From positions 1-61,706 of the forward strand of contig CANQQR010000004.1 of the NCBI GenBank assembly GCA_947626035.1: a stretch of 61,706 nucleotides of DNA. The letters run 5' to 3'. The notes beneath the pieces were generated by a model. It was not told the DNA's origin. It saw only the letters and a list, made by a program, of their open reading frames with translations, and did not search any database. The DNA comes from an uncultured Bacilli bacterium (lineage in GTDB: Bacteria; Bacillota_I; Bacilli_A; RF39; UBA660). Position 1 is the stretch's first letter. Each line of letters opens with the position of its first letter. Below, one piece after another: positions 20,454 to 31,167 of this stretch. A program made the translations under genes and the position numbers.

Positions 20454-21125
20454 TTAGTCTCCACTTTGATTACTTTGTGTATAATGAGCCTCGCCTGACA
20501 ACTTGCATATTACTTGTGCTACAAGATTACCCTCTTGTTGGTCGTTTTGGTTATCATTATTATCTTCAAAATCAATTTTATATTTGAAGTTATGAGATAC
20601 ACTATCACCAGTTGTTGTAATAGTTCCGCTTGCTAATTTTATAGTTTGAACACCTTCTGCTCCATCAGCAGAACTTAATGTTTTAGCACTTTGAACACCA
20701 GTATCAATTTCAGCACCTGTTCCAGCTGTAACTGTTAACTTTAAGTCTTTAAATTTTTCATTAGTAGTTACTTCTAGATTACATTCATACTCGAATGTAC
20801 CTGCACCACCAGCAGCAACAGTTATAGTAGCTGTTTTGTCTTCACTTGTCCAACCAGGGTATATATTACTTGCAGTTATAGCCTCAGCAGTATAACTAAT
20901 TGCTGGTAATTTAGCAGAACCTACATTAATTTTACCTTGATTTTCTCCTGTCATTGTTGTAGTGAAATATGCAAATGTAGCACCGATTATAGCAACTAAA
21001 AGTGTAGCAATTCCAATTACTGATAAGAATATAGTTTGCCCTACCGCCGGAGGGTAGTAAGTAGTAAATAAAACATATAAACAACTTATCAACAAAGAAT
21101 TAATTAAAACTACATACACATCCAC
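20454..21125 (-). CDS. cassette B: conserved leader from GQTIF onward, replaced 5' end
   Basis: Upstream of GGGCAAACT the shared sequence is replaced by ..TACTACCCTCCGGCGGTA.., a GC-rich 16-mer. The only in-frame start is the distant GTG at 21125, so the true start is uncertain. Confidence 0.5.
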   Translation of the reverse strand: MDVYVVLINSLLISCLYVLFTTYYPPAVGQTIFLSVIGIATLLVAIIGATFAYFTTTMTGENQGKINVGSAKLPAISYTAEAITASNIYPGWTSEDKTATITVAAGGAGTFEYECNLEVTTNEKFKDLKLTVTAGTGAEIDTGVQSAKTLSSADGAEGVQTIKLASGTITTTGDSVSHNFKYKIDFEDNNDNQNDQQEGNLVAQVICKLSGEAHYTQSNQSGD

Positions 21126-21315
21126 AACCTAATAACAAAGTATATAAAATATAAAATAATATCAACAACATATACACAACTAAATTAATAAACAAGTAAC
21201 ATAATTTTTAAATCAAAAGAAATATAAAAAACTTCTAAAAAACATTAAATAACATAAATGATTTTTAGAAGTTAAAATGCCCATAAAAAAAAGACCATAA
21301 ATAATCTTTATTTAC

Positions 21316-21335
21316 AGTCTTAGTTAGATAAGACT
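21316..21335 (-). terminator. hairpin after cassette A (possible partial or bidirectional terminator)
   Basis: AGTCTTA-N6-TAAGACT, a perfect 7-bp stem. The T-run is immediate only on the plus strand. A second 11-bp inverted repeat sits at 21231-21272. Confidence 0.35.
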
Positions 21336-21406
21336 AACTTTTTTATAAATAGTAAATTAACTATGTTCTTTCTTTCTCTTATCTCGTTTTGCTTATTATT
21401 GTTGGT

Positions 21407-22006
21407 CTATTGACCTTTTTGTTGTGAATCTGTGTATTTTGCTTCCCCAGAAAGTTTGCAAGTTACTGTAGCTGCGATGTTTCCACCTTGTTGCTCGTTT
21501 TGCTCAATTTCAGTATCTTTGAAGTCTAGTTTGTAAGTAAATGTATGTGATGTAGCACTTCCTGTAGCTTCAATTGTTCCACTTGCTAATTTTATTTCTT
21601 GAACACCTTCTTCTCCGTCTTCTGAACTTATTGTCTTTGGACTTTGAACACCAGCATCAATAGTAGCACCTGTTCCAGCTGTAACAGTTAATTCTAAATC
21701 TTTAAACTTAGTATTAGATGTTACATTTAGAGTACATTCATAAGCAAATTTACCTTTACCACTGTCGTCAACAGATATAGTTGCTGTCTTTTCTCCACTA
21801 GACCATCCAGGGTATATATCACTTGCAGTTATCGAATCAGCAGAATATGTGATTTTTGGTAATGTTGCAGACCCAACACTGATATTACCTTGAGTTCCTG
21901 TCATTGTTGTAGTGAAATATGCAAATGTAGCACCGATTATAGCAACTAAAAGTGTAGCAATTCCAATTACTGATAAGAATATAGTTTGCCCTCTATTATC
22001 TCCCAT
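21407..22006 (-). CDS. cassette A: TasA/camelysin-like secreted protein, canonical expression copy
   Basis: AAAGGAGG-N9-ATG. MGDNRGQTIFLSVIGIATLLVAIIGATFAYFTTTM signal, 199 aa. Own promoter upstream. Confidence 0.85.
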   Translation of the reverse strand: MGDNRGQTIFLSVIGIATLLVAIIGATFAYFTTTMTGTQGNISVGSATLPKITYSADSITASDIYPGWSSGEKTATISVDDSGKGKFAYECTLNVTSNTKFKDLELTVTAGTGATIDAGVQSPKTISSEDGEEGVQEIKLASGTIEATGSATSHTFTYKLDFKDTEIEQNEQQGGNIAATVTCKLSGEAKYTDSQQKGQ

Positions 22007-22034
22007 AGTTCTTTACCTCCTTTACTATATACAA

Positions 22035-22063
22035 TGATATCAATTTTTATTTATAAAAGCAAG
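22035..22063 (-). promoter_or_regulatory. sigma-A-type promoter for cassette A
   Basis: Coding strand TTGCTT (22063-22058), a 17-nt spacer ending TGA, then TATCAT (22040-22035), i.e. an extended -10. Confidence 0.55.
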
Positions 22064-22114
22064 CAAAAAATGCAAAATATTGTAAAAATATTTCCCACCA
22101 CACATAATTAACCA

Positions 22115-22156
22115 TACAAATATAACAAAGAGTGACTAATTGTTAGCCACTCTTTA
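22115..22156 (-). terminator. rho-independent terminator of the giant repeat-protein gene
   Basis: AAAGAGTGGCTAA-CAA-TTAGTCACTCTTT (13 pairs, one G-U) starting 6 nt after the stop, followed by GTTATATTTG. Confidence 0.7.
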
Positions 22157-22161
22157 TCACA

Positions 22162-25059
22162 TTATTCATTAACTTTAACTTGTAATCTTGTATAAAATAC
22201 CTTACCTTTATCAGCACTTTGGTCTTCATTAGTATTTTTAAATTCAAAAGTCAATTTATAAGTATGAGTTTCCCCAGCTTTAATAGTTACATCCTTAAGC
22301 ATCTCTAACCCATTGTCAGATGGGTAAGGAACTCTACCCTCATTTAAATCTACAATAGTTTCGTCATTTCTAGTAATACCATAATAAAGTCTATTCTTAA
22401 AATTAAACGTATTAACTATATCTGTCCAAATAATACTATAAGTAACATCAGTATCTCCCTCATTCTTAATAGTAAAATTCTTACTACCTTTCCATCCAGG
22501 CGCAATACTTTGGTCTTTAAGTTCAGTATCATCTAAGAAAGTTAAATTAAATGTATCTCCTTGACCAGTACCAATAACAACATCCTTTAAATCACTAGGT
22601 GCATTTTCTCCAGTCTCTATAGGGTACTTATCAACCTTACCATCTCTATCTGTATCAATATTTCCGTCAGGTGTTCCATCTCCATCTAAATCAACATTCA
22701 AATCAGGTTTACCATCTCCATCAATATCAACATTAACATCTGGTAATCCATCATTATTAGTATCACAATTCAAATCACACTTACCATCATTATTAGTATC
22801 TTGATTAGTTAAATTCTTATCTGGTTTACCATCTCCATTAGTATCAACATTAACATCAGGTACACCATCTTTATTCATATCTAAATTAGTATCAGGTTTA
22901 CCATCCTTATCATTATCAACATTAGTATCAGCCTTACCATCTCCATTAACATCAATATTAACATCAGGTGTTCCATCACTATCAGTATCGCAATTCAAAT
23001 CACACTTTCCGTCTCCATCCTTATCAACATTCAAATCAGGCTTTCCGTCTCCATCAGTATCTAAATTACTATCAACCCTACCATCATTATTATTATCACA
23101 GTTTAAATCACACTTTCCATCTCCATCTGTATCTTGATTAGCAGGATTATCATCAGGTCTACCATCTCCATTAATATCTATATTAGTATCAGGCCATCCA
23201 TCCTTATTAGTATCACAGTTTAAATCACACTTTCCATCTCCATTAGTATCTTGGTCAGTTAAATTCTTATCTGCTTTACCATCTCCATCAGTATCAACAT
23301 TAACATCAGGCTTACCATCCTTATCTAAATCCAAATTAGTATCAGGATTTCCATCTCCATTAGTATCACAATCTAAATCACACACACCATTACCATCAAT
23401 ATCAACATTCAAATCAGGAATACCATCTCCATTAGTATCACAATTAACGTCGCATACACCATCCCCATTAGTATCTTGATTACTCTTATTACTATCAGGA
23501 TTTCCATCTCCATTATTATCTAAATTAGTATCTGGTACACCATCCTTATTAGAATCAATATTAGTATCAGGTTTACCATCTTTATTAGTATCACAATTAT
23601 AGTCACAAATTCCATCATGATTAGTATCAACATTAGTATCAGGTTTACCATCTCTATCTAAATCTAAATTAGTATCAGGAATACCATCCCCATTATTATC
23701 ACAATTTAAATCACATACACCATCTTTATTAGTATCTTGGTCAGTTAAATTCTTATCTGGTTTACCATCTTTATTAACATCACAGTTAAAATCACACTTA
23801 CCATCTCCTGTAACATCAATATCAGTATCAACATTACCATCTTTATTATTATCACAATTTAAATCACACTTACCATTACCAGTAATATCAACATTAGTAT
23901 CAGGCCATCCATCTCCATTATTATCGCAATTCAAATCGCACTTACCATCTCCATCAGTATCTTGATTTAACTTATTCTTATCTGGCTTACCATCTCCATC
24001 CTTATCAACATTAACATCAGGATTACCATCCTTATTAATATCTAAATTAGTATCAGGATTACCATCTTTATTAGTATCACAATTTAAATCACACTTACCA
24101 TTACCACTAACATCAACATTAGTATCAGGCCATCCATCTCCATTAGTATCACAGTTAACATCACACTTACCGTCTCCATCAGTATCTTGATTTAACTTAT
24201 TCTTATCTGGCTTTCCATCTCCATCCTTATCAACATTAACATCAGGCTTACCATCTTTATTAATATCTAAATTAGTATCAGGTTTACCATCTCTATTAGT
24301 ATCACAATTTAAATCGCACTTTCCATCTCCATCTTTATCTACATTCAAATCAGGATTAGTCTCTCTACTATAATCTTTATTAAAAGAACCCTCTCCATAA
24401 TTATCTCCATTAGATAAATTCTTATCTGCTTTACCATCTCCATCAGTATCGCAGTTAACATCACACTTACCGTCTCCATTATTATCTACATTCAAATTAG
24501 GCTTCCTATCTCCTGTAGTATCACAATTCAAATCACAAATACCATCATTATCTGTATCTAAATTCAAATCTGGTATACCATCTCCATTAAAATCTAAATT
24601 AGTATCAGGCTTACCATCCTTATTAGTATCACAGTTAACATCACATACACCATCTTCATCATAATCTTGATTAATCAAATTCTTATCTGGCTTTCCATCT
24701 CCATCAGTATCTATATTAAAGAATGGAACCATAGTATCTCTATACCCAAGATTAATATCAGGTATACCATCATCATTAGTATCACAGTTAACATCACAAA
24801 TACCGTCTCCATCAGTATCAACATTCAAATCAGGCCATCCATCTCCATCAGTATCAATATTAAGCTTCAAATGTGCCTTTTGAAAATAATTCAAAACAGA
24901 CCAAGTAGACGCTATTGTTGCAAGCATAAAAAGCAACAATGCAAAAATAATCAAAATAACTCTCTTATTTTTCTCAGCCTTACTCTTAGGCTCCTCAAAA
25001 TAAAGCCCATCCTCTTCAATAATCTTTTTCTCTTCATCATTATAAGGCTCTTGTCTCAT
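22162..25059 (-). CDS. giant secreted/anchored Cys-rich calcium-binding repeat protein (thrombospondin type-3-like repeats) with C-terminal cassette-type beta-sandwich domain
   Basis: Start taken at ATG 25059 (AAGGTGA SD). N-terminal TM/signal ..ATIASTWSVLNYF. Dozens of DxDxDGxxDxN and CDxNCD units. The C-terminal ~160 aa carry APGWKGSKNFTIKN and DQSADKGKVF islands. Confidence 0.8.
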   Translation of the reverse strand: MRQEPYNDEEKKIIEEDGLYFEEPKSKAEKNKRVILIIFALLLFMLATIASTWSVLNYFQKAHLKLNIDTDGDGWPDLNVDTDGDGICDVNCDTNDDGIPDINLGYRDTMVPFFNIDTDGDGKPDKNLINQDYDEDGVCDVNCDTNKDGKPDTNLDFNGDGIPDLNLDTDNDGICDLNCDTTGDRKPNLNVDNNGDGKCDVNCDTDGDGKADKNLSNGDNYGEGSFNKDYSRETNPDLNVDKDGDGKCDLNCDTNRDGKPDTNLDINKDGKPDVNVDKDGDGKPDKNKLNQDTDGDGKCDVNCDTNGDGWPDTNVDVSGNGKCDLNCDTNKDGNPDTNLDINKDGNPDVNVDKDGDGKPDKNKLNQDTDGDGKCDLNCDNNGDGWPDTNVDITGNGKCDLNCDNNKDGNVDTDIDVTGDGKCDFNCDVNKDGKPDKNLTDQDTNKDGVCDLNCDNNGDGIPDTNLDLDRDGKPDTNVDTNHDGICDYNCDTNKDGKPDTNIDSNKDGVPDTNLDNNGDGNPDSNKSNQDTNGDGVCDVNCDTNGDGIPDLNVDIDGNGVCDLDCDTNGDGNPDTNLDLDKDGKPDVNVDTDGDGKADKNLTDQDTNGDGKCDLNCDTNKDGWPDTNIDINGDGRPDDNPANQDTDGDGKCDLNCDNNNDGRVDSNLDTDGDGKPDLNVDKDGDGKCDLNCDTDSDGTPDVNIDVNGDGKADTNVDNDKDGKPDTNLDMNKDGVPDVNVDTNGDGKPDKNLTNQDTNNDGKCDLNCDTNNDGLPDVNVDIDGDGKPDLNVDLDGDGTPDGNIDTDRDGKVDKYPIETGENAPSDLKDVVIGTGQGDTFNLTFLDDTELKDQSIAPGWKGSKNFTIKNEGDTDVTYSIIWTDIVNTFNFKNRLYYGITRNDETIVDLNEGRVPYPSDNGLEMLKDVTIKAGETHTYKLTFEFKNTNEDQSADKGKVFYTRLQVKVNE

Positions 25060-25331
25060 ACTATTCACCTTCCTATTATCTAATATAAATAATAACACAA
25101 TTAAATAACTAAAGCAAACAAAATAAAACTAAGATTTACTATTTTTAACTCTTTAATGAAGTAATAGGTATAACATACACCCCATCATCCCTCATATAAA
25201 CAGCATTTGTCATCCCACAAATCACACATACAAATTCACTTTTTTCATTTCCATTACCACACTTTTTTAATAAGATAAGATTTACCAGACACTGTCTAAC
25301 ATTTTTTAACTCATAAAAAATGAAACAAAAC

Positions 25332-26213
25332 TCACTTCTGTTTCACTTTATTAGCCTTAACTTTCTCCTCTAATTCCTTTAATTTAATAGTATTAGTCTT
25401 CTCAATTTGCTCCTCAACATTAGTATAATTAAGCCCAAGCCCTATAACAAACACAAATGCTAAAATATAAAACCAAATCATTAAAACCACTATAGTACTA
25501 AGTCCAGCATAATAAACATTATAATGTGCAATATTCCTTATAAAAAACGAATAAATAAAAGTTGCTAAAAACCAAAATATAGTCGTAAACAAAGTCCCCT
25601 TAATAACATACTTACTCTTAATCTTCTCATCAGGTGCTATCACATAAATAAGTTTAATAAAATAATAAATAACTAACACAGTAAGTGGAACATACAAAAT
25701 TGGGTATAACAAATCAATACTATCAACAACTATATTATCAAAACCAATAGTCATAAAGAAATTAATAAGCTGTCTACCAAAAACAGGAACAATAAGTAAG
25801 AAAGTAAACAACATAAATATAAGAATAGTAATCAAAAAAGCCTTTAATCTTCTCTTAATAACATTATTACTCTTAATATTAAAAACAGTATTAGATGCAA
25901 CTATAATAGCATCACTTCCATTACTTGCTATAAAAAACGCAACTACCAAATAAACCAAAAAAGGTAACGAAAAACTATTCTCAGTAAACATAGGCATAAT
26001 CAAATTCATAAGATCTTCACTAAAATTCTTTGAAATAAACTCAGTAATATAAGAAATAGAAAGATTAAAAGAAGTTGCTATTAATATTATAATAGAAATA
26101 ATAGGTACACAAGAAAGCACAAAATAATATGCTAAAGAACTAGGAAGCGTTAATAACTCAGGTCTTCTAATAACTTCAATTAAATTATTAACAAATTTCT
26201 TGAACTTATCCAT
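25332..26213 (-). CDS. YihY/BrkB-family membrane protein
   Basis: 293 aa. SSLAYYFVLSCVPIISIIIL and 6 TM segments, typical of the YihY family. Confidence 0.75.
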   Translation of the reverse strand: MDKFKKFVNNLIEVIRRPELLTLPSSLAYYFVLSCVPIISIIILIATSFNLSISYITEFISKNFSEDLMNLIMPMFTENSFSLPFLVYLVVAFFIASNGSDAIIVASNTVFNIKSNNVIKRRLKAFLITILIFMLFTFLLIVPVFGRQLINFFMTIGFDNIVVDSIDLLYPILYVPLTVLVIYYFIKLIYVIAPDEKIKSKYVIKGTLFTTIFWFLATFIYSFFIRNIAHYNVYYAGLSTIVVLMIWFYILAFVFVIGLGLNYTNVEEQIEKTNTIKLKELEEKVKANKVKQK

Positions 26214-26216
26214 ACA

Positions 26217-28229
26217 CTATTCCCCTTTATTTTTTCTCATCATAATTAACGCTTCATTAATTGCATCATCAATAGTAGTACTCTCACTAGTAATCAAAGA
26301 ATAACCTACACCTGCTCCATACTCATAAGGTAAACCCTTTAACTCTTTCATTAACTTATTAACATAAGTAACAACTTGTTTCTCTTCATACCCTACCATA
26401 TAAACCAAAAACTCATTTCCATCAGTTCTAACAATCTCAGTATTCTCCCTTTGAGTCTTAATCAAAATATTAGCAGCACTCTTAATTTGCCTATCTCCCT
26501 CTTCATGTCCTTTAGTATCATTAATAACTGCAATATCATTTAAATCAACAACCACAACAGCCTGAGGGTATATCTTATTACTCTCCCAATAACTTAAATT
26601 ATCATTCAAATAATTCCTATTCTTTAAATTAGTCATAACATCTAAATACATCATTTTATCTTCTTTTTTAATCTTCTTAGTAACCTTAACCTTCTTATTA
26701 AACTTAAACAAGAAGAAAGAAACTGCAAAAATAAGTGCTAAAATATATGTAATATTATTAAGAATAAATTGAATTAACAAACTATTAGAAGCATCAGTCA
26801 AAGTATTACTAATAGCCATATTATTAATAGTCTCACTACCCAAAGTACTTAAATAAAAATTAAACATATTATTTAAAATCTTATTCTCATTATTAAGTAA
26901 AAAACTATTACTATTATTAGTATAACCAATATACCTAATAACATAATCTTTTAAAGAAGAATTCTTATAATAATCATACACACTCTTCTCTGAAACAATA
27001 ATACTCTTCTCATTTATATTCTTAAATAACTCTTCAAAATTACTAAACACAGTAGCATTAATATTATTATTTTTAACATAAGAATATAAACTAGTATTAT
27101 TAATCATATAAACTTCATCATCTCTAATACTCTTTAAATTATTAACAGCAGTAACATTATCTTTATGACTAATAACAGCATACTCTATATTACCTAAACT
27201 ACTACTCTTAACATAATTAGAATTACTTAAATTATAATAATTTAAAACAATATCAACCTTTTTATTCTTAATAGCCTCATTTAACTCTTCAACACTCTTA
27301 TACTTAATATATTTATAAGTAACCCCAGTCATTTCTCCAAACTGAGTCAAATATTCGTCAGTTAAACCACTAAACCTCTTATTAACCTTACCCTCATATG
27401 GTAAATTATCAACATAACCTACTAATATATCAACACCAGTAATACTATCAATATCAAGTTCAGATAATCCACTAGTCTCATAATAAAGAGATAAATAACT
27501 ATCATTTAAACTCTCATAAAACTTACTTCCCCATTTATTAAAAAACTTCTCATAAATAACACTTAACTCACTATTACTATCTTTACTACTCAAAACATAA
27601 TGTGAATGAAGTCCCTCAATATGGTATAAAACATTTAAATCATTACTCATAATATCTTTTAAATACTTAAACATAGGTACAATAGCATACTTCAAAGAAC
27701 CATTAACATCACTAACTAAATCACTAAAACTATCATACTCTTTATACTCTAAACCATATTCATTTAAATAACCACTAACATAATCCTTATCACTCTTAAT
27801 AACACCAACAGTACTACTTCCTAAATTACCTAAATCAGAAATAAAAGTACTGTCTTTTCCTATCAAAACATAATGATCAGTATAAAACACTAAATCACTA
27901 CTACTAACATTATTCTTATTAACAAACTGATAATCAGCATTACTATTATTAACAGTAATATCAAAAGACAACCCAGTATCTTTCTCAAGTCCACTTAAAT
28001 AATCATAAAACACACCCTTACCATTACTACTAAACAAAGGTAAATTCCCTTCAACACTAACACCTATCGCACTATTAGTATTATCATTAATCCAATTTCT
28101 CTCACTAAAAGAATAATTATTCTTAGAATTATTAACATAATAAAGTATGCCAAACAAAACTAATATAAGTATCATCACTAAAGCCACAATCATCAATAAT
28201 TTTCTCTTTTGTCTCTTTCTTATCTTCAT
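26217..28229 (-). CDS. membrane sensor with extracellular solute-binding-like region and C-terminal GGDEF-type domain (motif DGNEF)
   Basis: N-terminal TM, ~450-aa extracytoplasmic part, second TM. Then TNLKNRNYLNDNL..VVVVDLNDIAVINDTKGHEEGDRQIK..RTDGNEFLVYM. Confidence 0.7.
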   Translation of the reverse strand: MKIRKRQKRKLLMIVALVMILILVLFGILYYVNNSKNNYSFSERNWINDNTNSAIGVSVEGNLPLFSSNGKGVFYDYLSGLEKDTGLSFDITVNNSNADYQFVNKNNVSSSDLVFYTDHYVLIGKDSTFISDLGNLGSSTVGVIKSDKDYVSGYLNEYGLEYKEYDSFSDLVSDVNGSLKYAIVPMFKYLKDIMSNDLNVLYHIEGLHSHYVLSSKDSNSELSVIYEKFFNKWGSKFYESLNDSYLSLYYETSGLSELDIDSITGVDILVGYVDNLPYEGKVNKRFSGLTDEYLTQFGEMTGVTYKYIKYKSVEELNEAIKNKKVDIVLNYYNLSNSNYVKSSSLGNIEYAVISHKDNVTAVNNLKSIRDDEVYMINNTSLYSYVKNNNINATVFSNFEELFKNINEKSIIVSEKSVYDYYKNSSLKDYVIRYIGYTNNSNSFLLNNENKILNNMFNFYLSTLGSETINNMAISNTLTDASNSLLIQFILNNITYILALIFAVSFFLFKFNKKVKVTKKIKKEDKMMYLDVMTNLKNRNYLNDNLSYWESNKIYPQAVVVVDLNDIAVINDTKGHEEGDRQIKSAANILIKTQRENTEIVRTDGNEFLVYMVGYEEKQVVTYVNKLMKELKGLPYEYGAGVGYSLITSESTTIDDAINEALIMMRKNKGE

Positions 28230-28240
28230 AACTTAACCTC

Positions 28241-28699
28241 TTAATTATTAGTCCATGATATATTACTTCTCTTTGCACTCTTACTTCCCATCATTGGGTA
28301 AATCTTATTCTCTTCAGTATTAGTATCACAAGTAATAGTAAAATGTATATCATAAAAATTCTTCTCTTCGTCACTAAACTTTGTAAGCGCCTTAGTTGCA
28401 TAACTTCTAGCAGTAACCTTATCAGTAGTAGCCTTAACATCCATTATAACATAAACAATCTTACCCTTTACATCAACATCAACACTTAAAACCCCACCAT
28501 CTTCATACATTGCCATAATATCTTTATCTATATTCTTACTAATAGGGTAATCTTCAATTCCATCTAACCTATTTCCATATGGGTCAGTATCTCCTCCATA
28601 AAAATAAGAAACAAGCCCCACTACAATCAAAACAAATGATATTAAAAGAATAACAGCTAAAACAAATAAAACCTTATTTTCTTGTATTACTTTCTTCAC
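28241..28699 (-). CDS. membrane-anchored hypothetical protein
   Basis: 152 aa with a single N-terminal TM. Confidence 0.5.
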   Translation of the reverse strand: MKKVIQENKVLFVLAVILLISFVLIVVGLVSYFYGGDTDPYGNRLDGIEDYPISKNIDKDIMAMYEDGGVLSVDVDVKGKIVYVIMDVKATTDKVTARSYATKALTKFSDEEKNFYDIHFTITCDTNTEENKIYPMMGSKSAKRSNISWTNN

Positions 28700-28764
28700 T
28701 TTTCCACCTCTTTAAAATCAATTATACTATATTTTATTACTTAATTCTAGTTTACATACATATA

Positions 28765-31126
<2,362 letters not shown>

Positions 31127-31167
31127 TTAAAGCAAAATGTCCATGCACTTTAAAGAAAAAAAGTAAA

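Noticed and set aside
16925-22006. The regularly spaced repeats could be mistaken for a CRISPR-like array.
   Set aside because: The repeat units are ~165-180 bp junctions separated by ~500 bp of protein-coding sequence with conserved islands. There are no short palindromic repeats and no cas genes.
16967-22006. The higher G content of the plus strand in the array (G about equal to C), compared with its flanks, as evidence that the array is horizontally acquired or inverted.
   Set aside because: The cassettes encode Thr/Ala/Gly-rich proteins (ACx/GCx/GGx codons), which by itself raises C on the coding strand. Composition is confounded by amino-acid content, and I only hand-counted a few 60-nt lines.
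2944-25083. Antisense ORFs inside larger genes: 2944-3126, 3715-3963, 4578-4763, 6892-7098, 7489-7794, 7902-8189, 12010-12210, 12349-12687, 13856-14197, 14336-14746, 14924-15286, 16218-16403, 17106-17357, 17818-18090, 24667-25083.
   Set aside because: They are low-complexity N/I/K/T- or L/F-rich translations lying wholly within, and opposite to, well-supported genes. There are no SDs. They are expected by-products of the stop-poor antisense frames in this skewed, AT-rich DNA.
25140-25300. A possible ~50-aa zinc-ribbon-like ORF (..CGNGNEKSEFVCVICGMTNAVYMRDDGVYVIP..) on the minus strand between yihY and the giant gene.
   Set aside because: I could not identify an in-frame canonical start or an SD. 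It is below the ORF-track threshold and too uncertain to call.
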